DNA from: Acidobacteriota bacterium
GTDB taxonomy: Bacteria > Acidobacteriota > UBA6911 > JACQSX01
DNA: 64,000 bases
NCBI GenBank assembly: GCA_036507075.1
Contig: DASXQR010000059.1
Location: 31,850-95,849, forward strand
Direction of reading: 5' to 3'
Part shown: one piece after another, positions 1 to 11,260 of the stretch
Numbering within the stretch: position 1 is the first letter of the stretch
Layout of the letters: each line of letters starts with the position of its first letter
Notes under the pieces: model-generated
Databases searched by the model: none
What the model saw: only the letters and a program-made list of their open reading frames with translations
What the model was told of the DNA's origin: nothing
Made by a program: the position numbers and the translations under genes

Positions 1-1513
1 GCGACCCGGATTCGAGAACCTGCATTGGACGCAGGACAAAGATACGCTATCGAAACCTCGTAGGTGCCGGCGTTTACCACTTCGATGTCCCAATAAATCT
101 CCGAGCTGACATCGGTCCAGCCGGTAAGCCAGTCATTAGCAAAACCATTATTTCCAAAAAAGTGTATCGTGCCTGTGAAGTATGCCTGAGGCGCCTGCAG
201 AATGACCGGGTTTTCTTCTGCGTAGCCCGCCCGGATAGGAAAGCGGGAGAAACCCGCGCGCGATGCGTCGCGATACCAGGCTTCGTACGCCTGGCTCAGC
301 TTCTTGACCATTCCGGGTCGCTCCACGGCCAGGTTCCTGGTTTCCCCAGGATCGGAAAGCATCTCGTACAGTTCGTAACCCTTCCCTTCATTGACAAGGC
401 GGTACTGTTGCGTGCGTGCCGCGCCCGGATACATGGCAGGCTGCTGCCCCCCGCGCACGTTATGGGTGAAAAGAATGCGATCGGTCCAGAGGCGGTCACC
501 CCCTTCAAGCAAAGGGCGCAGGCTGCGACCGTCAAGCGGCAAACCTTTTGCAATCTTCACGCCGCACAAATCCAGCAGAGTGGGGTAAAGATCAGTATGC
601 GATGCAATCTGCGAAATCACGCGCGGCTGTTTGAATCGCGCTGGCCAGCGAAGGAAAAGGGGAACGCGGCTTCCACCTTCATGGACACTTCCCTTCCGAC
701 CGCGCATTCCGGCGTTGTAACGATTGGTATTTGCGCCGTTGTCGGTGAGGAACAATACCACCGTGTTCTCGGACAGTTTCAACTCATCGAGTTTGCTTAG
801 AAGGCGACCGAGGTTGTCATCGATGCTTTCGCACATTCCGTAAACAGCGGCGAGCGCATCGTCCAGGCCGCGCGCCTTAAAGCGGTCAAAATATTTGTCA
901 GGAACCTGAAATGGGGCGTGCGGGGCGTTGTAAGCGACATAACAGAAGAACGGGCCGCGACGGTTGGTTTCGATGAATTTCAGCGCTTCATCGGTAAGAA
1001 CATCAGTGATGTATCCCTTCGTCTTCACGAATTCTGCGCCGTGGAGCAACTCGGCATCGAAGTAATTGTTCCAGTGGCCGTTGTGGAATCCCAGAAATTC
1101 ATCGAAACCCTGTCCGGGAGGCGTGTAAGGGTATTGCTCGCCATTGTGCCACTTGCCGAACATGCCCGTCCGATAGCCCGCGCTTTTGAGAGCTTCCGCG
1201 AGCGTGACTTCCTCGGATCGCATTGTCTCCTTGCTCTGTGTCACACCCCAAACGCCGCTCCGCAACCAGTACCGTCCCGTGAGCAGACTGGCGCGGGTGG
1301 GCGCGCACAGCGGGCTGACAAAGAAGCGCTCGAATTGAATGTTCCCGGTGGCCAAACGATCCGCTACCGGCGTTCGCACGTAAGGATTGCCATGCAAGCT
1401 GAAATCGCCGTAGCCCTGGTCATCCGTCATAATCAGCAGGACATTGGGATGGATTGTGTCGCGGTTGGCTGCAGGAGGGTCTGTAAAGAGAAGAAGGAAA
1501 GCAAGCGGCGCAA
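1..1513 (-). CDS. Arylsulfatase/sulfatase family protein, partial (3' end runs off the window start)
   Basis: Manual minus-strand translation gives PNVLLIMTDDQGYGD and the formylglycine motif LCAPTRASLLTGRY (CxPxR). Absent from the ORF track, presumably because no stop lies in the window. TTG start at 1513 is tentative. Confidence 0.85.
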
Positions 1514-1675
1514 TATAAGTCTGGCGTTTCATAATTCAGCCTGGAAACCGCCTTCGATTAAATACCCAAGTACTGCAAACTTCAATGTTTCTTCGCAGCC
1601 CGCGCGGCCTGATTCAGATCACAACCCGAATCGTGTAACATGGATGCTAATTCTCAACTGATCGCCCCGTGCTCA

Positions 1676-3793
1676 ATGAAGGATCGAGCCCAAATACAAT
1701 CGGAACTTCTCAGAGAACTTGAGTCTTTGCGGCAGCAGGTTTCTGAGCTGAAAAATCTGGAACAGCAGCATGCTCTGGCCGAGGCCGCGCTGCGGGAAAG
1801 CGAAGAACGTTATAAAGGCCTGATTGATTCCGCCTTTGACGGCGTGGTTCTTCATCAGGATGGCGTCATCAGGACGGCCAATCGCGCCTATGCGGCGATG
1901 TTTGGTTATGAACTGAATGAGATCGTCGGCAAATCAGTCGTTGATTTCATTGCCCACGAGGAACGCGAGCGCGTCAGCTCGCACATCACCGCCGGCGTGG
2001 AAAGTCCGGTTGAAACCTTCGGCCTGCGCAAGGACGGGTCCCGCATTCATATTGAAGCCTGCGCCAAAAACTGTCTCTACAAGGGCCGCCCGGCCCGGCT
2101 TGCCGCAATCCGGGATATCACAGAACGCAGCCGGCGAGAAGCCGAGAACAAGCGGCTGGTCTACGCGCTGAAGAGCGTAACTGAGTCGGTCATCATCACA
2201 GATATGCAGAACAATATTCTGTTTGTGAATGATGCCTTCCTGAAGACCTACGGCTTTGAAGAGAGCGAATTGCTCGGCAATAACGTCAACATTGTCCGCT
2301 CTGCCAACAATCCGGCGGAACTTGTGAGCCAAATTCTCCCCCGCACGCTCGAGGGAGGCTGGCAGGGCGACTTGCTGAACCGGCGAAAAGACGGCACCGA
2401 TTTTCCCATCCATCTGTCTACTTCCGTGATCCGGGATGAACAAGGTGAGCCGATGGCTCTGATTGGTGTGGCTGTGGATATCACCGAGCGCAGACGCGCC
2501 GAAGAAGCGCTTCAGAAGGCCTATGACGCCATGGAACTCAGAGTGGAAGAGCGCACCGCCGATCTGGCCAGGACGAACGAGCAGCTTAAACAGGAAATCG
2601 CCGAGCGCAAGAAAGCGGAAGAAGAGCGCCGGCAGTTGGAAGCCAAGGTGCAGCAGGCGCAAAAATTGGAGAGCCTCGGTGTGATGGCTGGGGGGATCGC
2701 GCACGACTTCAATAACCTGCTGGTCGGCATTCTGAGCAGCGCCGGGCTGGCTTTGATGAAGCTTCCACCCGACTCGCCTGCGCGACGCAGCATCGAGCGC
2801 GTTGAAAAGGCGGGATTGCGCGCCGCCGAACTGGCGCATCAGATGCTCGCCTATTCGGGAAAAGGAAAGGTCAATGTCCAGGCCGTCGAACTGTCAAGGG
2901 AGGTGGAAGAGATGGCCCATCTGCTGCACACTGCCATCTCCAAGAAAGCGGTCGTTCAGTTTGAATTTGCTCCCAACCTGCCTGCGATTGAGGCGGATGC
3001 CACACAGATTCGGCAGGTGATCATGAACCTGATCACAAACGCTTCTGAAGCACTGGGCCAGAAGCACGGGGTTATTCTGCTTAGCACCGGCGTGGTCGCT
3101 GCCACACCCGAGTACCTGGCTGAATCGTATTTTGCCGATGACCTGCCGGAAGGTCGGTATGTTTATCTCGAGGTCACCGACACAGGATGCGGGATGGATG
3201 TCGAAACGCAGGAGAAGATTTTTGATCCCTTCTTTACCACTAAGTTTACCGGTCGCGGCCTTGGCCTGGCGGTGGTGCTGGGAATCGTGCGCGGCCATCA
3301 CGGCACGGTGATCATCGACTCGCATCCCGGACATGGGACTACTTTCCGCGTCCTCTTTCCCGCAGGCAGCAGAACCGGGCAGGCAAAGCCATTCCGCCAC
3401 GAAGAAAGCGGCGAATGGCAGGGAAGCGGAACTATTCTGGTTGTCGACGATGAAAAGGACGTTCGCGAAACAACGCGCGATATTCTCGACGAGTTCGGCT
3501 TCTCGGTGATGCTCGCGTCGGAAGGAGAGGAAGGAGTCGCCATTCTGCAGGAGCACGCTGAGGAGATCGTGGCCGTGTTACTGGACGTCACCATGCCACA
3601 GATGGATGGCGAAGAGGCTTTGACCGAAATACTTCGACTTCGACCCGATATGCCGGTAATTCTGTTCAGTGGTTACGCCGAAGAGGAAGTCGCCCGGAAA
3701 TTCACAGGCCGCGGGGTGGCAGGCTTTATTCACAAACCCTTCACGCCCACGGCGCTGGTAGAAAAGATACGCCAGGTGCTGGCGAAACACTGA
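1676..3793 (+). CDS. Hybrid sensor histidine kinase (2 PAS, HisKA, HATPase, receiver)
   Basis: Two PAS repeats, H-box [11 protein letters not shown]-box NLITNA, DTGCG, FFTTK, GRGLGL and a C-terminal receiver (LVVDD...LLDVTMP...HKPF). Start could be 1640 or 1676. Confidence 0.93.
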   Translation: MKDRAQIQSELLRELESLRQQVSELKNLEQQHALAEAALRESEERYKGLIDSAFDGVVLHQDGVIRTANRAYAAMFGYELNEIVGKSVVDFIAHEERERVSSHITAGVESPVETFGLRKDGSRIHIEACAKNCLYKGRPARLAAIRDITERSRREAENKRLVYALKSVTESVIITDMQNNILFVNDAFLKTYGFEESELLGNNVNIVRSANNPAELVSQILPRTLEGGWQGDLLNRRKDGTDFPIHLSTSVIRDEQGEPMALIGVAVDITERRRAEEALQKAYDAMELRVEERTADLARTNEQLKQEIAERKKAEEERRQLEAKVQQAQKLESLGVMAGGIAHDFNNLLVGILSSAGLALMKLPPDSPARRSIERVEKAGLRAAELAHQMLAYSGKGKVNVQAVELSREVEEMAHLLHTAISKKAVVQFEFAPNLPAIEADATQIRQVIMNLITNASEALGQKHGVILLSTGVVAATPEYLAESYFADDLPEGRYVYLEVTDTGCGMDVETQEKIFDPFFTTKFTGRGLGLAVVLGIVRGHHGTVIIDSHPGHGTTFRVLFPAGSRTGQAKPFRHEESGEWQGSGTILVVDDEKDVRETTRDILDEFGFSVMLASEGEEGVAILQEHAEEIVAVLLDVTMPQMDGEEALTEILRLRPDMPVILFSGYAEEEVARKFTGRGVAGFIHKPFTPTALVEKIRQVLAKH

Positions 3794-3848
3794 TCGATTT
3801 GCCTGCGGCTTGCCACCCATTCTCCGGAAAGGACTTTCTACGTTTTGA

Positions 3849-4068
3849 GAGCGGAGAGACGGCCTGTTGGGAGCGGAGAGACGGCCTGTTGGGAGCGGAG
3901 AGACGGCCTGAGGGCCGTCTCAAGGCCGCTTCCAGCGGCCTTTCCCGAAGGGTTCCAACCCCGGCCTTCCCAGGCCGGGGTCAAAGTGCGCGTAATCATG
4001 ACCCAGGGCCGGTTCACCGGCCTTCCCAATCCCGTGAACATTCCCTGAGACGGCTCTCAGGCCGTCTC
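3849..4068. repeat. REP-like palindrome GAGACGGCC-N4-GGCCGTCTC as an inverted pair, preceded by ~2.8 tandem copies of a 22-bp unit
   Basis: Unit gagcggagagacggcctgttgg at 3849-3910. Palindrome at 3900-3921, inverted copy at 4047-4068. The same pair recurs at 30019-30040 and 30062-30083. Confidence 0.8.
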
Positions 4069-4343
4069 TCCTCCGAAAAATGTAGAAACGTGGCAGGTTT
4101 TTGTCGTTATGGAACAAATTTCAGCAGGTATTGCAGGTTTTCCTGCGCCTGGCGGATTGCTTCCCTAGGCTAAGTTATTGGCAGCCAATGGCTTTGTTTG
4201 CGTGAAACGGGAAATAAAGATTGGCCGTTAGATTGCTAGAGAATAACGCGACTGGAGCGACTGGCAGTTGACAGCCCCGTTTGCCGGCCGCGAAAAGGCG
4301 GTTCTGCGGTGCTGTCGCCAGCGATTTTCTTGGGAGGTGAGAG

Positions 4344-4601
4344 GTGAAGCCGAAAGAAATCGACAAAGCACCTGGAAAAATCAGAACGACGGAAAAGCCC
4401 ATTATTCATCTTACCGACCCGAAAGCCATTGCCGTCATTCGTGGATGGTTCAACGGCCCGCTTGAAACAGAGAACTACAAAATCGTTTATGCAGCAGATC
4501 CCGACAAAATTCAAAAAAACAAACCGCCAAGCACGCAAAGAGCACCAAGGCTCAAAATGGATCCAACCAAGTTACGTCGCGCAAGCGATCCGAACTATTA
4601 G
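4344..4601 (+). CDS. Small hypothetical protein (85 aa)
   Basis: GTG start preceded by GGGAGG. No recognisable domain. Confidence 0.35.
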   Translation: MKPKEIDKAPGKIRTTEKPIIHLTDPKAIAVIRGWFNGPLETENYKIVYAADPDKIQKNKPPSTQRAPRLKMDPTKLRRASDPNY

Positions 4602-4735
4602 ACAAGTGCCACGTCTAGACAAGTGCCACGTCCAGCCGGGCACTGCCAAAGTGATCCTTACATTCTTGGCGTTCTTTGCGTTCTTGGCGGTTCAGTTTCC
4701 TATCCAGTGCCTTCCGTGAAAACCCTGCGAAAAAC

Positions 4736-6517
4736 TCACTCTGAGAGCGTCTGCCATCCTCGACGCGAGAAATTCCAGTAGATTATCACTCCTCCAGCCA
4801 GGCCCGCAGCAAGGAGGACCAAGCCGGGCGCGGTTTCATGCAGCAGTAGTTTTCCCACGCCAAAAAGCGTTCCGTAGATCAGAAGCAGCCCGCATGCCCA
4901 GTCAAGGAGGTTCACCCATCCGTCGGCGGAAACTTTCACGTCAGCGGCCCTGTCGGCGATAGGACGCCACCCGGCTTTCGAGGGGCGCGTGCGGCGGTAA
5001 AAGGCCAGCAAGGTTTCGACAGGTTCAGAGCGGGTCAAAAAGGTCACAGCCAGCCACACGCCGGTGGTAATCGCCACGGTAATGAGCATGATCCACGCAA
5101 AATCCTGCGGCCTGTCGGAACTGAATCCAAAGAAAAGCTGCAGCGACATTGAAACCAGGAACGCCGCCGACATTGCCGAGACTTCGCTCCAGGCATTAAT
5201 CCGCCACCAATACCAGCGTAGCAGGAGAACCCCTCCTGTTCCTGCGCCGGTGACGATCAGTAGGCGCCATGCCGCGGCGATCGAACCCATGTAAAAAGTG
5301 GCCGCCGCCGAAGCGAGCGCGATTATCACCGTGGCCCATTGAGAAACGCGCACATAGTGCTTCTCGGTTTCCGCTTTGCGCACAAAACGCCGGTAAAAGT
5401 CGTTGACCAGATAACTCGCTCCCCAGTTCAGTTGCGTGGCAATGGTGGACATATAGGCCGCGGCGAATGCTGCCACCATCAAACCCCGCAGCGACGGCGG
5501 GAGGTGGTCGATCATCACCAGTATGTAGCCGGTTTCCGGGTCCTGCAGGTCCGGATAGAGAATCAGCGAAACCAGGGCCACCAGAATCCACGGCCAGGGG
5601 CGCACTACGTAATGAACGATGTTGAAGAACAGCGTCGCCAGCAGCGAGTGCTTTTCATCCTTGGCGCAGAAGATGCGCTGCGCCACGAAGCCCCCGCCTC
5701 CCGGCTCGGCGCCCGGATACCAGGTCGCCCACCAGTTCAGAGAAATGTAGACCAGGAAGGTAATCATCGGCATCCAGGCGGAATTCAGATCAGGAATGAA
5801 GCTGAGCACCGAACCGGTCCCGCCAAACTGAAGTCCGCGCGCGCGATCAATCGCCGCCAGTTTGGTTTTCATGGCGTCGATGCCGCCGACCGCATGCACC
5901 GCGGCGACGGCAAGAACGATCACCATCCCCATTTTGATCACGAATTGAAACAAGTCCGTTACCAGCACACCCCACAGGCCTGAGAGCGTGGAGATCAGCG
6001 ATGTGACCGCAATCAAACCCATCACCAGCAGCAGCGCCTGCAGCTTGCTCACCCCCAGAATGAGAATCAGAATCTTGACCATGGCCAGATTCACCCAGCC
6101 CATCACAATACAGTTGATGGGGAAGCCAAAATAGAGGGCGCGGAAACCGCGCAGGAAAGCGGCCGGCTTGCCGGAATATCGGATTTCGGAAAACTCGACG
6201 TCAGTCATCACGCCGGCACGCCGCCACAGGCGCGCGTAGAAAAAGACAGTGAGCATTCCGCTGGCTACGAAATTCCACCAAAGCCAGTTCCCCGCAATCC
6301 CCCCCAGCGCCACCATGCCGGTAACGGCCAGCGGCGTGTCGGCGGCAAACGTTGTCGCCACCATCGAGGTTCCCGCCAGCCACCAGGGCACATCACGGCC
6401 GGACAGAAAAAACTCATTCACACTGCGCCCGGCCCGCCTCTTGTAATAGAAGCCGATGGCCAGGTTGCAAATAAAGTAGGCCGCCACCACCAGCCAGTCG
6501 ATCAGCGTCAGGCGCAT
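4736..6517 (-). CDS. Sodium:solute symporter (SSS) family protein
   Basis: Highly hydrophobic multi-TM protein with EFFLSGR, SMVATTFAADTPL and AAYMST motifs typical of the SSS family. Confidence 0.92.
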   Translation of the reverse strand: MRLTLIDWLVVAAYFICNLAIGFYYKRRAGRSVNEFFLSGRDVPWWLAGTSMVATTFAADTPLAVTGMVALGGIAGNWLWWNFVASGMLTVFFYARLWRRAGVMTDVEFSEIRYSGKPAAFLRGFRALYFGFPINCIVMGWVNLAMVKILILILGVSKLQALLLVMGLIAVTSLISTLSGLWGVLVTDLFQFVIKMGMVIVLAVAAVHAVGGIDAMKTKLAAIDRARGLQFGGTGSVLSFIPDLNSAWMPMITFLVYISLNWWATWYPGAEPGGGGFVAQRIFCAKDEKHSLLATLFFNIVHYVVRPWPWILVALVSLILYPDLQDPETGYILVMIDHLPPSLRGLMVAAFAAAYMSTIATQLNWGASYLVNDFYRRFVRKAETEKHYVRVSQWATVIIALASAAATFYMGSIAAAWRLLIVTGAGTGGVLLLRWYWWRINAWSEVSAMSAAFLVSMSLQLFFGFSSDRPQDFAWIMLITVAITTGVWLAVTFLTRSEPVETLLAFYRRTRPSKAGWRPIADRAADVKVSADGWVNLLDWACGLLLIYGTLFGVGKLLLHETAPGLVLLAAGLAGGVIIYWNFSRRGWQTLSE

Positions 6518-6676
6518 CTTCAATTAGAGAATTGAAAAAATTAAGAGATTCAAAATTGGAACTCGCGAGGCATTCTCGCATATTAAGGCGTGAAATTGCG
6601 CCCGGGATGGGGCGCCGATGGCGTGGCGAAAGCAGCGCTATGGAGTTTGTGCATTTCGCCGGAGTCGGAGCGGCGT

Positions 6677-6941
6677 GGGAGCGCCCGGCCCAGGAATGTT
6701 GGTTACCAGCGGCACGGCCCGGAAGTCGACCTACATGCTTGGGCCGGGCGCTCCCGCGCCTCGGCTCTGAAGTTCCAGGGCCAGGCCCTTACGGCCGGGC
6801 CGGCGCTGCGAAAGCGGCGCTCAGTACCGCGATCCGTAAGGTCGCGGCGCGCCAGTCTTACGAGTCACGGCCGCAACCACTCCAGGCGGCATTTCCACAG
6901 CTGCCATTCTGGTTCGCCGCAACCTGACGGATGCGGTACTG
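6677..6941. repeat. Cluster of inverted repeats / REP-like elements
   Basis: gggagcgcccggcc (~6677) pairs with ggccgggcgctccc (~6742). cagtaccgcgatccgtaaggtcgcggcgcg at 6822-6851 is identical to a copy at ~15065 and has a degenerate inverted partner at ~6911-6941. Confidence 0.7.
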
Positions 6942-7134
6942 CGGGCGAAGCGTCGCCTGCAAAGAAGCGCGCAGCAGCCGCCTATACTATGTAACCCTTC
7001 GGGTTTTGGAGGTTTTGTGGATAATCGTAGTACAGCAGAACAAATCCCGGCGGAGGTTGTTAATCAGAGCGTAACAAGATTCTCGCGGAGCGAGGAGAAA
7101 TTCAGGCTCAGCAGTCCAGGATGCGGATGAGATT

Positions 7135-9765
7135 ATGCGAATGAAGATTCAAATCGCGGCGTGTGGGCTGTTGGCCATTGGCGTGGCCGCCTCGAATCTT
7201 TTTGCGCCCGGCTATCCCCCTTCCATTCCGCAATCCATCGTGCTGACCGTGCGCGAGACCGCCGGTGTTGCGCGGAACCGGGAGGTGCTGCGGTCCGGTA
7301 TTCCCATACCCCGTGCGCTGAATCTCATTACGGTGACAAATCTGACGATCGTCGACAGCGCCGGAACTGCCGTGCCCGCGGAGTTTGAGGTCCTGGCTCG
7401 CTGGAACGCCGGGCGAGACTCCAACGCTCCCGTCCAATGGCTGCTTGTTACCTTTGCTGCCTCCGTCGAGGCGGGAAAAAGCTCCGTCTATCGGCTCGTC
7501 ACCGACGGATCCGCCGGGCCTAACCCCGCTCCGGCCACTCCCATTACGACAAACCGAAGCGGAAACCAGGTGACCGTCAATACCGGCGCCGCCACGTTCG
7601 TTGTCGGAGGAAATCCCGCCGGCCTGGTAGATGAGATTCGATTGCCGAGCGGCACCCGTTTGGCAAGCGCCGGTTCTCTGACCGCCCGGGTCAACAACGT
7701 CGACACACAGCATCCCACTACCAGGCGTGTCTCCATCGAGCACGCTGGTCCTCTGATCAGCATCGTTGTAATCGAAGGAGCCTATGATCTTCCCGCAATC
7801 GGTGGAGGCGGCCTTTCTTCCAGAGTGCGGTACGTTTTCAGCGCCGGTTCTCCCACGGCAATCCTTCGCCACTCGGTCAACTGGGAAGGAGACCGCTGCG
7901 GCAGCGGGGTGATCTTTTGTGACGGTTCGCTGAATGCGCTTCGCGTTCAACGGGTGCGAAACACGGTGAATCTGGATTTTGGCGCTCCGCTTATTGTGAC
8001 GGCTCTCGGAAGCCGCACCGCTTCACCGGTCCAGGGAGCGCTTGCGGCAGGCCAATCCGCCTCGATCCGCCAGCAGTTGCGGGCAAGCCGAAACGCCCCC
8101 CTCGCCTTGGAGATCAATGTCCCCGGCAATTCAATTCAGGGCGGAGCCAAGGCAGACGCCGGCATTCTGTCCGTCAGCGGCGCGACGGGAGCGCTGGCGC
8201 TGGCCCTGAACCAGATGCATCGCTATGAGCCGCAGGCGCTGCGTGTTTTGGACGGCAATCGAATCGCTGTTGACATTGCCGACGATCAAGTCTGGCTGGG
8301 GGCGCGCCAGGGACTTTTTGCCACGATGGCTCTCAGCGCGCTGGGAGCGAATCCGAACCGGACCGATCTGGAGCAATTCACCTGGGCTCCGCTCAATCAC
8401 CCCCTGCGCGCCTGGCCGGAACCGGCCTGGTTTGCCGCCTCGGGGGCCGTCGATGAGTTCCCCGTCGACAAGCTCCCGAGGGACTTGGAATCCTATGACA
8501 CGCTGGTTTCCCGCGTGCTGCAAAAGACATTGGACACCGGCGAACAGGAGGGAGTTTCCGGGTTGATGACCTACGGCCTGTATCCCCGATACTGGGGCAA
8601 CGCGGTTACCGGAAATGAACTGGACTGCGGACCGGACGATCCGACTCCCGGCGAGAGCTGGGACAATCTTTACTGGTGTACGACCTGGACCGATTACCAC
8701 AGCACGGCTGCCACCGTTCCGGTGTGGGCTTTTCGTACCGGCCAAGTCGAGTGGCTCGACGAATTTGCCGCTCCCGCGGCGCTGCGCATGCTGCACACGC
8801 AAATCATGCAGTGCAGTTCGACCGATGCTTACTTTTACTGCGGCCAGGCCCCCGCCGGTTATGGCGGGTACCGCGAAAATTTCAACAGCTCTCACGCCTA
8901 CTTTGACAATCTCATCCTTTACTACTGGCTTACCGGTGATTACTCGGTCATTGAAACGCTGAAAAGGGGCGCCGCTTCGATGCGGAATTACCTCTGCAGC
9001 CGACGCCCCGAAGCCGTGTGCCAGCCGGAGGACCCTCCGGTGGACGAGTTTGCCGGCTTGACGGGGAGAGTTGCTTCGCAGTGGTTGTCGGTATTTCGAG
9101 TGGTGGGGCTCGCCGGCGATGATCCGTCTTATCTGGGCGACTGGCGCTCAGGAATGGCGCGCGCCGTCACACAGTGGTACGTGGAAGCCGAACAGGCCGG
9201 AACACGTTACGGGTTCTGGACGGGAGGCTTGCCGCTGCGGGGGCCTGGGACGTACAGCACCGATCAGCTTTGGATGGCGTGTCTCTACGACATGAACAAT
9301 CTTTATCGACTGCAGCAGGAAACCGAAGATGCTCCGTTCGGCAACCCGGCGGTGAGGCCCAGCCAGGTCATGGCGGCGTGGGCCCGGACGCTCGCCCGGT
9401 TTGGATCACGGGTGAGCGGTGATGGCACCGCAGCGGGAGCCTGGCCGAATGCGCTGTTTTTCACCTGGACCGGCCCGCGAATCGGAGGCACGCTCATATC
9501 TGTGAGCGCGAATACCGCAGGCGGCGATCCCTTCCTTTATGAAACGGGGAAAGCCTGCATCACTGCCGCGATAGTGCGCGCAGGCATTCAGTCCGCTGAT
9601 GCGCAGCTCTTGGCGCTCGGCGCAGATTTGACAAAGTTTGCCCTCAATGCAGCGTCAAGCGATTTTTCACCGCTGGGTAAATTAATGGGCGAGTATTTGA
9701 GCCGGACGCATTCGGCGGTGGCCCGCCTGGCGGCCGCCGCTGCCAGAAACCGCCGCAGACCCTGA
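7135..9765 (+). CDS. Large secreted protein, probably of the exo-rhamnogalacturonan lyase/YetA-like architecture
   Basis: N-terminal signal peptide. VRETAGVARNREVLRSGIPIP...VPAEFEVLARW..VQWLLVTF N-domain, then beta-rich and helical domains. Family recalled by eye. Confidence 0.55.
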   Translation: MRMKIQIAACGLLAIGVAASNLFAPGYPPSIPQSIVLTVRETAGVARNREVLRSGIPIPRALNLITVTNLTIVDSAGTAVPAEFEVLARWNAGRDSNAPVQWLLVTFAASVEAGKSSVYRLVTDGSAGPNPAPATPITTNRSGNQVTVNTGAATFVVGGNPAGLVDEIRLPSGTRLASAGSLTARVNNVDTQHPTTRRVSIEHAGPLISIVVIEGAYDLPAIGGGGLSSRVRYVFSAGSPTAILRHSVNWEGDRCGSGVIFCDGSLNALRVQRVRNTVNLDFGAPLIVTALGSRTASPVQGALAAGQSASIRQQLRASRNAPLALEINVPGNSIQGGAKADAGILSVSGATGALALALNQMHRYEPQALRVLDGNRIAVDIADDQVWLGARQGLFATMALSALGANPNRTDLEQFTWAPLNHPLRAWPEPAWFAASGAVDEFPVDKLPRDLESYDTLVSRVLQKTLDTGEQEGVSGLMTYGLYPRYWGNAVTGNELDCGPDDPTPGESWDNLYWCTTWTDYHSTAATVPVWAFRTGQVEWLDEFAAPAALRMLHTQIMQCSSTDAYFYCGQAPAGYGGYRENFNSSHAYFDNLILYYWLTGDYSVIETLKRGAASMRNYLCSRRPEAVCQPEDPPVDEFAGLTGRVASQWLSVFRVVGLAGDDPSYLGDWRSGMARAVTQWYVEAEQAGTRYGFWTGGLPLRGPGTYSTDQLWMACLYDMNNLYRLQQETEDAPFGNPAVRPSQVMAAWARTLARFGSRVSGDGTAAGAWPNALFFTWTGPRIGGTLISVSANTAGGDPFLYETGKACITAAIVRAGIQSADAQLLALGADLTKFALNAASSDFSPLGKLMGEYLSRTHSAVARLAAAAARNRRRP

Positions 9766-9774
9766 AAATAAGAT

Positions 9775-10263
9775 TTGGAGGCATCCATGATTCCTGTCAG
9801 AAAAAACAAAGGAACAGCGGTTTTTCATTTTGCCTTTGCGTTGTCGATCTTCTTTCACGCTTTCGCACCCTGGGGCGTTTCGCAAAATAACGACCGGACG
9901 GCGAACGAGCTTCGCCGAATCGAAAACGGCCGAATGGAGTCAATGACGCGCGCCGACATCGCAGCACTGGAGAAGCTTCTGGGCGACGATCTCACCTACG
10001 TCCACTCCAGCGGAAGGTTGGAAACTAAGGCGGAATTTCTGCAGTCCCTGAGATCGGGGAAGCTGAGATATAAGTCCATCGACATTAAGGAGCTGCAGGT
10101 TCGTCCCTACGGCAATACCGCCGTTCTAACGGGTCGATGTCAAGTCGAGATCAACTCGAACGGGGAGGATCTCAGCTTTGAGATCCGCTACACCGATATC
10201 TGGGTGAAAAGGCAGTCAACCTGGCAAATGGTAGCCTGGCAAGCCACGCGCCTCCCGGGATAA
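9775..10263 (+). CDS. NTF2-like / DUF4440 family protein with signal peptide
   Basis: DIAALEKLLGDDLTYVHSSG...YGNTAVLTG...RYTDIWVK...WQMVAWQAT pattern. Confidence 0.85.
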   Translation: MEASMIPVRKNKGTAVFHFAFALSIFFHAFAPWGVSQNNDRTANELRRIENGRMESMTRADIAALEKLLGDDLTYVHSSGRLETKAEFLQSLRSGKLRYKSIDIKELQVRPYGNTAVLTGRCQVEINSNGEDLSFEIRYTDIWVKRQSTWQMVAWQATRLPG

Positions 10264-10265
10264 AA

Positions 10266-10477
10266 AGGGACAGGCCCCTAATTTCCGGAAATTAGGGGCC
10301 TGTCCCCCCATTTTAAATTCAGCCGGAGCCGCGAAGTGTAAGCGAGCGGCACTCCAGACTGACGAACCAGATCGGTGGCATTGACAACCGCCACGGATCC
10401 AACGTCGCTGCAGAATTGTAAATTCGCTGACTTGAACTGATCACATCCCCGCCGCTCGCTTACACTTCGCGGCTCCG
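10266..10477. repeat. Palindrome plus REP-like inverted pair
   Basis: gggacaggcccctaatttccggaaattaggggcctgtccc is a perfect palindrome (~10267-10306). ggagccgcgaagtgtaagcgagcgg (~10325) pairs with ccgctcgcttacacttcgcggctcc (~10452). Confidence 0.8.
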
Positions 10478-10573
10478 TTGGTGCATGGACTTTGGCCAGC
10501 GGGGGGCGCAGAAGGTAAGGGAAAATGGGGGAAAGGGAAAATGGGGACAAAATGGGAAAATGCAGACTCCTAA

Positions 10574-10993
10574 TTTTCTCAGATCCTGGTGACCCCCGGC
10601 CGCGTTCCCTGCAATGCTCCTCCCTGGGGAGCTTTGAGTGCAGTCAGTGTGGCTGACGGCGCATTGCGTTGGGAAGTTCCGCTTGGCACTATCCCGTACC
10701 TGTCGGCCGCGCCTCAGTCGTCAAACTGGGGTTCGGTCAATCTTGGGGGCACGATCGTCACTGCGGGCGACCTGGTATTTGTCGCTGCCTGCATGGACGA
10801 ATACCTGCGCGCGTTCGACGTCGAAACAGGGCGCGAGATCTGGAAGGCGGAACTTCCCGCCAGCGCTCAAGCCACACCCATGACCTACCGCTCGCCCAGG
10901 AGCGGAAGACAATTTGTGGTGATCGCCGCCGGCGGCCACGGAAAGCTGGGAACGAAAAAAGGCGACTACGTGGTGGCGTTTCGATTGCCGTAG
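10574..10993 (+). pseudogene. C-terminal fragment of a PQQ-dependent glucose/quinate dehydrogenase
   Basis: PCNAPPWG...GGTIVTAGDLVF...LRAFDVETGREIW...ATPMTY...QFVVIAAGGH...GDYVVAFRLP is the characteristic C-terminus. In-frame TAA at 10571 and no upstream part of the gene. Confidence 0.8.
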
Positions 10994-11027
10994 AGACTGA
11001 ACCGCCAAGAACGCAAGGGCCAACCAA

Positions 11028-11130
11028 ATGCGGAATGCGGAATGTGGAATGCGGAATCCAAGCTAATCCCTGGAAGCCAATACCAAATCATTTCTCAATT
11101 CCGCATTCCGCATTCCGCAATCCGCATTCG
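11028..11130. repeat. Inverted heptamer arrays (TGCGGAA)n ... (TTCCGCA)n
   Basis: Directly visible. The same family occurs at 14010-14185, 41704-41795 and 49195-49410. Confidence 0.8.
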
Positions 11131-11260
11131 AGGCGTACTGAACGGTTCCGTCTTTTGAGTTTTGAGGCCGCATGCTGGTATCCAACCACTCGACTTGCGG
11201 TGTATATTGTAAGGATACGGAACTCAACGCCTTCTGGACATCAGGCCTCAGGAGATTGTC

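Noticed and set aside
162..1661. Plus-strand ORFs 162..800 and 918..1661
   Set aside because: They are antisense shadows of the minus-strand sulfatase.
3849..3921. Possible CRISPR array
   Set aside because: The 22-bp units are directly adjacent with no unique spacers, and there are no cas genes in the window.
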